NCBI GenBank assembly: GCA_037440025.1
Contig: JBBIUX010000001.1
Coordinates: 11,700-75,699, forward strand
DNA length: 64,000 nucleotides
From: Candidatus Fraserbacteria bacterium
GTDB lineage: Bacteria > Bipolaricaulota > Bipolaricaulia > RBG-16-55-9 > DRXL01
Direction: 5' to 3'
Shown here: positions 1 to 9,983 of the stretch, one piece after another
Numbering within the stretch: the stretch's first letter is position 1
How the letters are laid out: the number at the start of each line of letters is the position of its first letter
Notes under the pieces: generated by a model
Database searches by the model: none
The model's input: only the letters and a program-made list of their open reading frames with translations
Told to the model about the DNA's origin: nothing
Made by a program: the position numbers and the translations under genes

Positions 1-188
1 TGGCTGAGTAAGAGAATCTTATCGGCTTCGTAGCCGGGCTCGCCCTCTTCGGCGTTCACAATCAGAGTCTTTGTCGGGCTAAAATACTTAAAGTACGTGG
101 GGAAGCCGGCGCCTCCGGCGCCGATCAGCCCCATCTCGCGAAAGAGTTTTATCGCGTCTTCCCGTGTCTGTACCGTTGTTGTCGCCAT
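1..188 (-). CDS. RnfC/PduS-like electron-transfer subunit, N-terminal 62 aa only (gene runs off window start)
   Basis: Hand translation from ATG at 186-188: MATTTVQTREDAIKLFREMGLIGAGGAGFPTYFKYFSPTKTLIVNAEEGEPGYEADKILL. GxGGAGFPT and NAEExEP motifs resemble RnfC/NuoF-type N-termini. AAAGGTGA SD-like sequence upstream. Confidence 0.5.
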   Translation of the reverse strand, partial: MATTTVQTREDAIKLFREMGLIGAGGAGFPTYFKYFSPTKTLIVNAEEGEPGYEADKILLLS

Positions 189-295
189 AGCGTAGAATCA
201 CCTTTCTGATCTGTCCCTGCGCTCTTTTCCTTCAGAGATGGGCTCGGGTGTGGGATCACCTCTAGCATAGAAGAAACTCATCGCGCTGGCAAAGT

Positions 296-823
296 TTAGC
301 GAGAAGCCTTTGCCAGCACCGCTCGTCCAGCGGCCAGGGCCGCGCTTTTGAGGGTCTCACCATCGGCTGGCTCTTCTCCCGCGGGCGCGCTCACGAAGAT
401 CGCGACAAAGAGCGCGCCATGTTGCCAGAACAACCCCACGCCGTCGGGTTCGGGAGCCAGCTCTGCCGTGCGCCCGTCTAGATTGAGAGATTCCGTCTGA
501 GCGCCTTGAAGCAAGAGATCGCGCGCCTCTGAGATCTTCGTCGGGTCTTTAAATTGAAAGATCGTGATGCCCAGACGCTCTATTCTCCCGCTCCAGGGTC
601 CGTTGGGCGCGGGCGTATAAAACGCATGTGAAGAGTACGCTTCACCGGGGAAGACCGGTTCGATGCGCGCCTCTTTGGTCACCAAGATAAAGCCCTCAAC
701 AGCATCGGGAATGAGCGTTTCGGGGGCTGGCCCGGCAGGCGGGCTTGAGCTCAAAAAGAAGACAACCCCGGCGACGACTGCCACACCAACGGCTAACAAC
801 ACCCACAAAATTGGATTGTTCAT
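296..823 (-). CDS. hypothetical membrane-anchored protein
   Basis: 175-aa ORF with N-terminal hydrophobic helix ILWVLLAVGVAVVAGVVFFL followed by a Pro-rich linker. No recognisable domain. Confidence 0.5.
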   Translation of the reverse strand: MNNPILWVLLAVGVAVVAGVVFFLSSSPPAGPAPETLIPDAVEGFILVTKEARIEPVFPGEAYSSHAFYTPAPNGPWSGRIERLGITIFQFKDPTKISEARDLLLQGAQTESLNLDGRTAELAPEPDGVGLFWQHGALFVAIFVSAPAGEEPADGETLKSAALAAGRAVLAKASR

Positions 824-900
824 AGTCCTCCTACGCCATCAAGATTCTCTGTATACTGATACAGCTTAAAGCAGACGAGCCAGCGACGTCAACTACAGAG

Positions 901-929
901 TTGCCAGACAGCTTAAATCCCTTTAGAAT
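901..929 (+). promoter_or_regulatory. sigma70-like promoter for the 941 transporter gene
   Basis: TTGCCA (901-906), 17-nt spacer, TAGAAT (924-929), 11 nt before the ATG at 941 (near-leaderless). Confidence 0.4.
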
Positions 930-940
930 ACAAACCGAAA

Positions 941-2248
941 ATGGATCGCTACATCGCGCTCTTCGTCTTTATTGCTGCTTATGCGCTTTTCGTGCTCCTG
1001 CCCAGATATCGCTCATGGACGGCTGCCGCCGGGGCGCTTATAGTAGTGCTGGCGGGGGTGGTCTCCCCAAGTTTGGTCTTGTGGGGTGAGGGGGGGAAAG
1101 AGCCTCTCATTAGCTGGAACGTGATGGGAATTTTCGTAGGTACTCTGATCTTAGCTGATCTCTTGATCTGGTCCCGCGTGCCCCATTACGTTGCCGAAAG
1201 ATTAGTGAATAGATCGCGTAGTGTCTGCTGGGCCATGGTGAAGGTCTGTGCGTTTTCAGGGTTTCTCTCGATCTTTGCCGAGAACGTTGCTGTCGTCTTG
1301 ATCGTCGCGCCGATAGCGTTTGCGCTCGCTGAAAAACTCAAGACGAGCCCAGTCCCGTTAATTATCGGGGTAACGATTTCTTCCAATCTTCAGGGAACAG
1401 CGACTCTCATCGGCGACCCGGCGAGCATGATCTTCGCTGAGTACGCGAACGTTTCTTTTAATGACTTCTTCTGGTACAAAGAGCAGGGGCTTGGCATCTT
1501 TTTCGCCATTCAATTGGGCTTTTTGACGTCACTGCCCGTGCTCTATTGGGCCTTTCGCAAGCTCAATCAGAAAGTCGGTCTGATTGCCGAAGAACGGGTC
1601 ATTAGTTGGGGACCTACGGCTTTTCTAGCGACGATGATCGGCGCATTGGCTATCGCTTCGTCGCTGCAAGCCCACGACCTAGTAGGGGCTATTTGTATGC
1701 TCTGGGGGCTTGGCGGTCTGGCCTGGTACGAGATGCTGAGCCGCAAGAACCGTGAGCGCTTCCCAGACACCCCCTGGCAGATTCTCAAGAGACTTGACTG
1801 GGACTCGGCACTCTTTCTGATGGGCGTCTTTGTCTTGGTGGGCACATTGGTCGAAAAAGACTGGATCACGCTCTTTGCCGACTGGTTAAAGTCCGTGCTT
1901 GGGGCGAATCTGCTCGTCTCGTACATTGCGATTATCTTATTGTCAATGCTCGTGTCGGCCTTTGTGGACAACATTCCCTATCTGATGGCGATGATCCCTG
2001 TCGCGATGCAGTTGGCTGCCCCTGGGGCAGGACAAGAAGCGTTGCTCTTTGGGCTCTTAATCGCTGCGAGCTTGGGGGGGAATATTACGCCCATCGGAGC
2101 GTCGGCCAATATTGTCGGTGCGGGGCAGTTGCGCCAGCGTGGGTATATTCTGGGCTTTCGGGAGTTTGGGATAATCGGGCTGCCGTTCACGCTCGCGGCG
2201 ACGATCCCCGCTGCGACCTTTCTCTATCTGCTCTGGGTGACCTTGTGA
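941..2248 (+). CDS. ArsB/NhaD-superfamily ion transporter (permease)
   Basis: 435-aa ORF, polytopic with about 10-12 hydrophobic segments. Overall resemblance to arsenite/citrate-type permeases; family call by eye only. Confidence 0.6.
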   Translation: MDRYIALFVFIAAYALFVLLPRYRSWTAAAGALIVVLAGVVSPSLVLWGEGGKEPLISWNVMGIFVGTLILADLLIWSRVPHYVAERLVNRSRSVCWAMVKVCAFSGFLSIFAENVAVVLIVAPIAFALAEKLKTSPVPLIIGVTISSNLQGTATLIGDPASMIFAEYANVSFNDFFWYKEQGLGIFFAIQLGFLTSLPVLYWAFRKLNQKVGLIAEERVISWGPTAFLATMIGALAIASSLQAHDLVGAICMLWGLGGLAWYEMLSRKNRERFPDTPWQILKRLDWDSALFLMGVFVLVGTLVEKDWITLFADWLKSVLGANLLVSYIAIILLSMLVSAFVDNIPYLMAMIPVAMQLAAPGAGQEALLFGLLIAASLGGNITPIGASANIVGAGQLRQRGYILGFREFGIIGLPFTLAATIPAATFLYLLWVTL

Positions 2249-2296
2249 AATAATCCCCAAGACTCTTCGCCCCAAATTGGGTAGAATAAATACGCT

Positions 2297-2950
2297 ATGA
2301 ACACCCCTTCACTGGGTCGTCGCCTCTGGCATCATATTTATTCTCGGATGCTGACGGGTGTGGTCTTCGTCGTGCCCGTCATACTGACTATTTGGGTCTT
2401 GCAGTTGCTCTATAATCTCTTGGACGGCCCGCTGCGCTCGCTGCTCAACACAATGCTCAAATACACCCTGGGGTGGGAGTTGCCCTCCGGGGTCGGGTTG
2501 GTGCTGACGCTGCTGGCTCTGTATGTGACGGGTGTGCTGGCAGCCAATATGTTAGGGCGCCGGTTTTTGGAGTTTTGGGAGTCAGTACTGCAGAAGATGC
2601 CCATCGTCAACAGCATCTACAATGCCGCGCGGCAGGTGGTGCGCACGCTTTCTCAGCCTCAAGAAAAAGCGTTTCAACGAGTAGTCTTGATCGAATTCCC
2701 TTCCAAGGGCCTGTGGACCGTAGCGTTTCAAGTGGGCACCATCCAGGCGAGTGACGGGCGGGAGTGGGTGCGGGTCTATGTGCCGACGACGCCGAATCCC
2801 ACGTCGGGGTTCTTGCAATTTCTCCCCAAGGAGAGCGTGCAGCCGACTGCGATCCCCGTGGACGAGGCCCTGAAGATGGTCGTCTCTGGGGGAATTCTCT
2901 CCCCAGAACGATTGGATATGGGCTTATCGAAGATAGATCAGAGCTCGTAG
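2297..2950 (+). CDS. DUF502-family membrane protein
   Basis: 217 aa. Two N-terminal TM helices followed by the GRRFLEFWE..MPIVNSIY..FPSKGLWTVAF pattern typical of DUF502. Confidence 0.55.
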   Translation: MNTPSLGRRLWHHIYSRMLTGVVFVVPVILTIWVLQLLYNLLDGPLRSLLNTMLKYTLGWELPSGVGLVLTLLALYVTGVLAANMLGRRFLEFWESVLQKMPIVNSIYNAARQVVRTLSQPQEKAFQRVVLIEFPSKGLWTVAFQVGTIQASDGREWVRVYVPTTPNPTSGFLQFLPKESVQPTAIPVDEALKMVVSGGILSPERLDMGLSKIDQSS

Positions 2951-3708
2951 CGTTCGATCAGCTTCTTCTCCTCCCCGGCGATCTCCGCACGAATCTCGAA
3001 GTATTCTGCCAGTCCGGAGTGCCTGAGCTTCTCTTTTAAGAGATTATCTATCTGAAAGATGCCCGCCGAGTTGGACATCTTTATTGCAATACAGACGGGG
3101 CGCTTTTCACCCTTGCGCAACTGCACGTCTTCAATGGCTAATGCCGAGACGGCGTGGATGGTCGCCGAGCCGGCCTTGAACGGGATGCGCGCGCGCCCCT
3201 CTTCCATGTCTAAAGCGTCGGCGATCTTGACGACCCCAGCTTCGACAGTGAGCGGCTCGACTTCCGTCTCGTGCGCGTAGATGGCGTGCAGCACTTCTGA
3301 CGTGATAATAGTCCGCTCACGCTCTGAATAGATATCTCTTAACAGATCGGGCAGTAAATCTGCTGCGAGAGCGACCGAAAAGGGCTCGTGATGCGTGCGA
3401 TGGACGATATGCCCGATATCGTGCAGGCACGCTGCGAGCACGACGATCACTTCGGCATCTTCTTTCGTGAGCTTGTGATCTTTTTCGACGCTGGGCTGTA
3501 CGCTGGCTTCGATGAGCATTCGCAGGATTTTCAGAGCGAGATTGGCAACGATTCTGATGTGCACTGGGCCATGATCGTTGACGCTGAGCCGGTCAATCGC
3601 GTTGATGTTCGAGCAGTACCAATAGGTGTTCAGCGTGATGTTCTCGTTGACGCGGGCGGCGACGGCCTCTAGCTTCTTGTTCTCTCGGACGGGGACGTTG
3701 AGCGTCAT
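2938..3708 (-). CDS. HD-domain phosphohydrolase
   Basis: 256 aa with HD motif LAACLHDIGHIVHR. Lies 3 nt upstream of the NMNAT gene on the same strand. Confidence 0.6.
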   Translation of the reverse strand: MTLNVPVRENKKLEAVAARVNENITLNTYWYCSNINAIDRLSVNDHGPVHIRIVANLALKILRMLIEASVQPSVEKDHKLTKEDAEVIVVLAACLHDIGHIVHRTHHEPFSVALAADLLPDLLRDIYSERERTIITSEVLHAIYAHETEVEPLTVEAGVVKIADALDMEEGRARIPFKAGSATIHAVSALAIEDVQLRKGEKRPVCIAIKMSNSAGIFQIDNLLKEKLRHSGLAEYFEIRAEIAGEEKKLIERYEL

Positions 3709-3711
3709 AGC

Positions 3712-4245
3712 TTAAGAGTGCTTATCGGTTTTCTGGATATGGCGCAGGCGCTCCACGCCTCCGATCTCCTCGATCACGCGGGCGACGATGGGCGGCACAT
3801 AGGCTTTCCAGTCTTCGCCGCGCACCATCAGCTCACGGATCTTCGTGCCGTCCCACTGGGCGCGCTCGACGTAGGGCAGTGGACGCACGGTGATCCCGCG
3901 TTCGGCAAAGAGCCGCTGCACTAAAGAGTTATTGGAGTAGACGATCTCAAACGGCGGGGTCAAGCTGCGAATGTGCGCCACATACAACGAGTTGCGCGCG
4001 ATGTCTTCGATGGGCAGCACATAGGTTGTGATGGGGGGCTTTAGGTCTTCTAATGCTTTGGTGATCATCATGATTCGCTCACCGGCGGTGAAGGGGTCTT
4101 TCAGCGTGTGGCTCTCCTGGGCCGAGCCGATAGCGATGATCAGCTCGTCTATCTCTTTTCTCTGAAAGATTTGTCGGATAACGGCGTGGTGGCCGTTATG
4201 ATAGGGTTGGAAGCGTCCCAAGAACAAGCCGCGTTTGGCTTTCAT
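3712..4245 (-). CDS. nadM: nicotinamide-nucleotide adenylyltransferase, archaeal type
   Basis: GRFQPYHNGH (HxGH nucleotidyltransferase motif), IGSAQESHTLKDPFTAGER, SLTPPFEIVYSNN. Near-colinear with my recollection of archaeal NMNAT. Start moved to MKAKRG (ATG 4243-4245), preceded by AGAGGAGAGG. Confidence 0.85.
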   Translation of the reverse strand: MKAKRGLFLGRFQPYHNGHHAVIRQIFQRKEIDELIIAIGSAQESHTLKDPFTAGERIMMITKALEDLKPPITTYVLPIEDIARNSLYVAHIRSLTPPFEIVYSNNSLVQRLFAERGITVRPLPYVERAQWDGTKIRELMVRGEDWKAYVPPIVARVIEEIGGVERLRHIQKTDKHS

Positions 4246-4613
4246 GAAGACCTCTCCTCTAGGCCCTCCCCCCGGCTGCGCCACCCCTCTCCCGTGTCAT
4301 TCTGCGCGTTAGCGAAGAATCTAGACCCTTCGCTTCGCTCAGGGTGACAGAGGGGCTGGGGGTGAGGGCCTTTCGCTAAGAACTGACTGACAGCTTGCGC
4401 AACTCTTTCGGCATTGGGGAGGCCCTCGTCGCCCATTTGAATGATAAGAATATCATCGGCGGTCACGCGGAAGACCCCGTCGTGGCCGGGCTTGAGCGCC
4501 ACAGCTTCCAGCTTGTCAGCGTGGGCGTTTAAGATCTTTTGTGCGGCTTCCAATGCTGGCTTCAGATACATACATTCGTCGCAGTATTCGATAGTCACCG
4601 TGGGCTTTCTCAT
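4242..4613 (-). CDS. Rdx (SelW/SelT-like) CxxC redox protein with repeat-encoded C-terminal tail
   Basis: VTIEYCDECMYLKP..GVFRV matches the Rdx fold pattern. The last ~40 aa (..CHPERSEGSRFF..GEGWRSRGEG) are a translation of the 4261-4370 palindromic element. Confidence 0.6.
   Translation of the reverse strand: MRKPTVTIEYCDECMYLKPALEAAQKILNAHADKLEAVALKPGHDGVFRVTADDILIIQMGDEGLPNAERVAQAVSQFLAKGPHPQPLCHPERSEGSRFFANAQNDTGEGWRSRGEGLEERSS
4261..4370. repeat. composite palindromic MITE-like element (GC-rich outer arms plus GTCATTCTG..CAGGGTGAC hairpin)
   Basis: Outer arms GGCCCTC..GAGGGCC, CCCCTCTCCCGT..ACAGAGGGG. Inner GTGTCATTCTGCGCGTTAGCGAAGAATC..CTTCGCTTCGCTCAGGGTGACA (4294-4349). Related copies at 38063, 53554 and 60622. 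Confidence 0.8.
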
Positions 4614-4696
4614 TGAGTTTATTGTACACGTGATGGACTGGCTCGTCCAGCGGGTGATTTGTCTGGTATGTTCAGTCTGGGTAGACTGTAAAAGCC

Positions 4697-4990
4697 ATGA
4701 GCACTAAAGAAGAGATTGTGCAAAAACTGAAAGCTCTCAAGCCGGAGCTGCAAGCCTGCTACAGAGTGCGCGAGATCGGGCTCTTTGGCTCCTTTGCACG
4801 TGAGGAGCATCACAAGACAAGCGACATTGATATTCTCGTGGATTTCACGGAAGATGCGAGCCTGTTTGATTTGGTGAGATTAGCGAACTTCCTTGAGGAG
4901 AAGTTGCAGCGCCGGGTAGATATTGTCACAAAGGATTCGCTCCGGGTTGAGCTGCGCGAATCTGTTCTAAGAGAGACCGTAACAATATGA
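4697..4990 (+). CDS. mntA: MNT-type nucleotidyltransferase antitoxin (MntA-like)
   Basis: 97 aa with GLFGSFAREEHHKTSDIDILVDF (GS-X10-DxD minimal nucleotidyltransferase motif). Confidence 0.8.
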   Translation: MSTKEEIVQKLKALKPELQACYRVREIGLFGSFAREEHHKTSDIDILVDFTEDASLFDLVRLANFLEEKLQRRVDIVTKDSLRVELRESVLRETVTI

Positions 4991-5046
4991 GGGACTATCG
5001 GCTCTATCTCAAAGATATTCTAGAAGCGGTAGAGAGCATTGAGTAA
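4987..5046 (+). pseudogene. HepT (DUF86) toxin remnant, 19 codons
   Basis: ATGA overlap with the mntA stop. Translation MRDYRLYLKDILEAVESIE* resembles a DUF86 N-terminus and then terminates. Confidence 0.55.
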
Positions 5047-5089
5047 GCTCACAATTACAGTTATAATTGCCCCATCGAGGTGATTTCTC

Positions 5090-5603
5090 ATGCTCAAATA
5101 CGGCGACCAAGCCCCAGACTTCCAGCTCAAAGGTGTAGACGGGGTGATCTATAAGCTTTCAGACTACAAAAGCAAAAAAGCCGTTGCGGTGGTCTTCAGC
5201 TGCAACCACTGCCCCTATGTGAAAGCCTACGAAGACCGCATGATCGCCCTGGCGAGAGAATATGAACCCAAGGGTGTGCAGTTTTTGGTGCTCAACCCCA
5301 ATGACCCAACGAAATACCCCGAAGACAGCTTCGACAATATGATCCAGCGGGCCACAGAGAAGGGCTATCCCTTCCCCTATCTGTATGACGAAACACAGCA
5401 GGTCGCCAAGGCCTACAGTGCCCAGCGTACCCCAGAAATCTTTCTCTTTGATTCAGCGATGAAACTGCGCTACCACGGCACGATTGATGATCACTACGAA
5501 GACCCAACCAAGGTGACCAAGCGTTATCTGAAAGACGCGCTCGAGGCCGTGCTCGCCGGCAAAGACCCTGGCCTCAAAGACACCCAGCCGGTGGGCTGTA
5601 CGA

Positions 5604-5617
<14 letters not shown>
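5090..5617 (+). CDS. thioredoxin-fold thiol-disulfide oxidoreductase (AhpC/TSA-TlpA-like)
   Basis: 175 aa. CNHCP redox motif in a [15 protein letters not shown] context. RBS-like GAGGTGA upstream. Confidence 0.7.
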
Positions 5618-6215
<598 letters not shown>

Positions 6216-6344
6216 AACGGCCTCCTTTCACACGGATATAGACTCTTTTTATCCTAACAGATTGCCAAGCCGGTGTCCAGCTACAGCAGCCCCCCCATCT
6301 CTCGCGCACTCGTCTTTCGAGGCGGGGGGGGTTCACTCGTCTGG

Positions 6345-6959
6345 TTACACGACAACACGGGCGTGGCGCTTGGCCCACGTAACGCCCTCTGCAAAGGCCA
6401 GATGGTTCAGCTCGAGCGTCTTGGGCGGGACAAGCTCAACGATCGCTTGTCGCCATTCTTCCTGAGGGAGGTCAAGAAATGTCGAGAGGGCGCCGAGCAA
6501 AACTGTGTTGGCGAGCGCGGGGTTGCCCAATCCTTGGGCGATTTCCAACCCCGGCACGATGAGCACCGTTCCAGCTCGACGATGCAGTGTCTCTTTTATT
6601 TTCGCATCTTCAGGATACGAAGCGAGCTTGAGAGACTCTACACTCGGCGCGATGCGTTGATCGTTGACCAACGCGAGGCCGTCTACTTTGAGATAGCTCA
6701 GATAGCGCAACGCCTCGAGCTTTTCAAAGGCGAGCAAGACATCGGCTTCGCCTTCGGGCACGGCAGGCGAGAAGACTTCGGAGCCGTAGCGCACCGTAGA
6801 AAACACAGAGCCGCCCCGCTGAGCCATGCCGTGCACTTCTGAAGTCGCTACGGACAGCCCCGCCAGCGTCGCCACCCGCGCGATGATCTGCCCGGCCAAA
6901 AGAGAGCCCTGCCCGCCCACGCCAGCGAGCACTATATTTTTGACATGTCGCTCGCTCAT
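6345..6959 (-). CDS. iorB: indolepyruvate:ferredoxin oxidoreductase beta subunit
   Basis: NIVLAGVGGQGSLLAG..HGMAQRGGSV pattern. 4-nt overlap with the upstream iorA-like gene. Confidence 0.8.
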   Translation of the reverse strand: MSERHVKNIVLAGVGGQGSLLAGQIIARVATLAGLSVATSEVHGMAQRGGSVFSTVRYGSEVFSPAVPEGEADVLLAFEKLEALRYLSYLKVDGLALVNDQRIAPSVESLKLASYPEDAKIKETLHRRAGTVLIVPGLEIAQGLGNPALANTVLLGALSTFLDLPQEEWRQAIVELVPPKTLELNHLAFAEGVTWAKRHARVVV

Positions 6960-9900
6960 CGTTTCGCGCCCTTTCGTTGCAGATACCCAGCTACGGCCCC
7001 AGCAACCCGACGCCCCGTCGAGATGCTCTGTGTAACAGTGCCGTACCCGAACGCGACATCTCCGCAGGCGAAAACCCCCGGCTGAGAGGAGACCCCGGCG
7101 AAGGTCACTCCGATCTTGTGGTTGAACCGTACTCCGCTCCCTCTCAGAAACTCTAGGTCCGCCCTCTCCCCGATGGCAAAGATGACCGTGTCTATCTCGA
7201 CGTGAAATTCGCTATTGGGGACCGGCACGGGCTGGCGCCGCCCGCTGGCATCGAGCGGCCCCGGCTGCATATGGACCAGATCGAGGCCACAGACTCGACC
7301 GTCCTGTGTCGCCAGTCGGATCGGCATAGCCTGGAACTCGAAGTGCACGTCTTCTAAAATAGCTTCGTCTATCTCTTCGCGGATCGCGGGCATCTCGTCG
7401 GCGGTGCGCCGGTAATAGACCGTCACGCTTGCTCCGAGGCGTCGCGCCGCGCGGGCGCAGTCAATGGCCGTGTTGCCCCCGCCGATGACTGCCACCCGGC
7501 GTCCCAATTTGATCTTGCGCCCTCGGTTGACACTTCGGAGAAAATCCAAGCCGTAGAGCAAGCCATCACGTGTCTCGCCGGTGGCTTCCAGGTGCAGTGC
7601 TTGCGGGGCCGAGTCGCCTACCGCAATGACCACGGCATCGTATTCTTTCTGTATCTCAGCGAAGCTGACATCGCGTCCCACGTGGACCCCACACTGGATC
7701 TCGGCGCCCATCATAGAGAGCCGATCAATCTCGCGATCTACGATCTCCTTGGGCAGCCGGAAAGCAGGGATGCCGTAGCGCATCATGCCTCCGGGTTTTT
7801 CGAACGATTCTAAGACCGTCACTTGAAAACCGCGTCGTCGGAGATAGAACGCAGCCGACAGCCCTGCAGGCCCAGAGCCAATAATCACGGCTCTTTCGGG
7901 GCGCTCTTCTGTTGGCTTGAATTCAGCTCCGCTGAAGTGCTCGATCCCGTAGTCTCCTAAGAATCTCTCGACGTCACGGACGGAGAGCTTGGCCGGGTGC
8001 CCCGGCGTGGGGAATTCTTTCACAAGCTCGGGATAGCGTTCAGCGTAGAGTTTCTCTTGTGGCCAGCCTAACGCATTGATTTCGTGATCGCACGGGTGTG
8101 GGCAGACCCGCCCGGCGACCGCCGGGAAGGGGTTCGTTCGCATCAGCACTTTGAATGCGTCAGCGTAGCGTTTTTGATGGACAAGCTCTAGCACTTGGGG
8201 GATGTCAATCCCAGCGTTACAGTCTGCGCAGGCTTGTTGACAGTGTGTGCACGCGACACAGAGCAATTTATTGATCTCGATGTGGCCGTCTTGGATTCCA
8301 ATAGCTGGACAGCCCAGCCCTGTGCAGGCATGACAGTCGGTGCACTTCTTGAAGTCTACGGAGACGATCTCGCCGAAGCGGCGCTTCTCTTTGAGCACGC
8401 AGGGCGCGTCGGCAACGATGACGGACGGCTCTTTGCGACGAAGCGCTTCGTCTATTGTGCGCCAGGCTACCAGAAGATCATACGGATCTACGCGACGGAC
8501 ATGCTTGATCCCTAAGCCCTTCACTAAGGGCTCGATCTCGATAGCTTTGGCTGGGTCGCCCTTGATGGTGTACCCGGTGCCGGGATGCTCTTGGTGGCCG
8601 GTCATGGCCGTCGTGTGGTTATCTAAGATCACTGTGACCGTCTGGCCGCCGTTGTAGAGAATATCTACCAAAGCTGGGATGCCGGAGTGATAGAACGTCG
8701 AGTCGCCGATGACGGCGACCAGTCTCTTTTTCTCTTCTTCAGAAAAGACCTTGGCCATGCCGTGGGCCATAGAGAGCGAAGCGCCCATGTTCATGCATGT
8801 GTCCATGGCGTCTAACGGTGCCAGCGCGCCCAGGGTATAGCAGCCGATGTCGCCCGAAACTATAGCTGCTAGCTGTTTGAGCACATAAAAAATCCCGCGA
8901 TGCATGCAGCCGGCACAGAGAATCGGGGGGCGCGGCGGCAGGAGGGGCAGCTCGACGGGAGGAGGGGTGACCCCGTCGCTGACGCGCTGCACCGCCTGCC
9001 GTAGCAGCCCTACTGACAGTTCGCCAAAACGCGGGAGATGGATCTCTTCAAGAGCGATCCCCAAGGCGCGGACTTGTTCGGTCAAGTACGGTTCGAGCTC
9101 CTCGATGACGACGATGCGATGCTTGCCCTGGGCGAAGTTTTTAATCAACTCTCTGGGCAGGGGGTGGGTCATGCCCAATTTGAGCATCGTTGAGTTTGGA
9201 AAGGCCTCGCGAGCGTAGAGAAAGGCTGCCCCAGCAGTGATAACCGCCAGGTCGTCTGAGCCCTCGAAAATCTGAGCCCAGCGTTCGGCCTCTTTTTTTA
9301 ATGCGGGGATACGTTCGGTCTCGATCCGTTGGTGACGGATGCGCCCGTGGGCCGGGAGAACTACGTTCTTTGGGACGTTTTTGCGATAAGGCCGACGGGG
9401 GATTTCCTGCCGGTCGCCCAACGTGACTTGGCTCTTGCCGTGCGAGACGCGAGTGGTTGTTCTCAGCAAGACGGGGGTATCGTACCGTTCGGAGATCTCA
9501 AAGGCTGCGGCCGTAAAGTCTTTGCACTCTTGCGTTGTGGCGGGTTCAAGCATGGCCACGCGCGCGGCCCGCGCTAACAATCTGTTATCTTGCTCGTTTT
9601 GTGATGAGTGCATCCCCGGATCGTCGGCTGAGACGACGACCAGCCCCGCGTTCACTCCCATATAAGCGACGGAGAAAAACGGATCAGCGGCGACGTTGAG
9701 CCCCACGTGTTTCATTGTCGCGATGGCTCGTCCGCCCGCCAGCGCTGCACCCACGGCAACCTCGAGGGCGACTTTTTCGTTGGTGGACCACTCGCAGTTC
9801 ACTTCGGGGTAGTGAGCGAGTGTCTCCAGGATCTCTGTGCTCGGTGTGCCGGGATAGCCGCAGCCGACGCGCACGCCCGCCTCCCACGCGCCGCGGGCAA

Positions 9901-9970
9901 TCGCTTCGTTGCCCGACAGCAAAACCGCGCATCGTTTCTCAGTTTTCGCGGCGAGCGCCTCGTTGGGCAT
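6956..9970 (-). CDS. iorA: IorA-like TPP subunit fused to a GltD-like NAD(P)H:FAD oxidoreductase domain
   Basis: 1004 aa. N-terminal ~620 aa is IorA-like (GNEAIARGAWEAGV, GYPGTPSTEI, GDSTFYHSG, Cys clusters CTDCHAC..CVACTHC). C-terminal ~380 aa is GltD-like (NPFPAVAGRVCPHPC, VIIGSGPAGLSAA, VAVIGGGNTAIDCA, FACGD). Confidence 0.8.
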   Translation of the reverse strand: MPNEALAAKTEKRCAVLLSGNEAIARGAWEAGVRVGCGYPGTPSTEILETLAHYPEVNCEWSTNEKVALEVAVGAALAGGRAIATMKHVGLNVAADPFFSVAYMGVNAGLVVVSADDPGMHSSQNEQDNRLLARAARVAMLEPATTQECKDFTAAAFEISERYDTPVLLRTTTRVSHGKSQVTLGDRQEIPRRPYRKNVPKNVVLPAHGRIRHQRIETERIPALKKEAERWAQIFEGSDDLAVITAGAAFLYAREAFPNSTMLKLGMTHPLPRELIKNFAQGKHRIVVIEELEPYLTEQVRALGIALEEIHLPRFGELSVGLLRQAVQRVSDGVTPPPVELPLLPPRPPILCAGCMHRGIFYVLKQLAAIVSGDIGCYTLGALAPLDAMDTCMNMGASLSMAHGMAKVFSEEEKKRLVAVIGDSTFYHSGIPALVDILYNGGQTVTVILDNHTTAMTGHQEHPGTGYTIKGDPAKAIEIEPLVKGLGIKHVRRVDPYDLLVAWRTIDEALRRKEPSVIVADAPCVLKEKRRFGEIVSVDFKKCTDCHACTGLGCPAIGIQDGHIEINKLLCVACTHCQQACADCNAGIDIPQVLELVHQKRYADAFKVLMRTNPFPAVAGRVCPHPCDHEINALGWPQEKLYAERYPELVKEFPTPGHPAKLSVRDVERFLGDYGIEHFSGAEFKPTEERPERAVIIGSGPAGLSAAFYLRRRGFQVTVLESFEKPGGMMRYGIPAFRLPKEIVDREIDRLSMMGAEIQCGVHVGRDVSFAEIQKEYDAVVIAVGDSAPQALHLEATGETRDGLLYGLDFLRSVNRGRKIKLGRRVAVIGGGNTAIDCARAARRLGASVTVYYRRTADEMPAIREEIDEAILEDVHFEFQAMPIRLATQDGRVCGLDLVHMQPGPLDASGRRQPVPVPNSEFHVEIDTVIFAIGERADLEFLRGSGVRFNHKIGVTFAGVSSQPGVFACGDVAFGYGTVTQSISTGRRVAGAVAGYLQRKGAKR

Positions 9971-9983
9971 GGCGTACCTCCTC

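Noticed and set aside
4242-4613. Selenocysteine recoding in the Rdx/SelW-like gene
   Set aside because: The redox motif is CxxC (CDEC) with no in-frame TGA, and no SECIS-like hairpin is needed.
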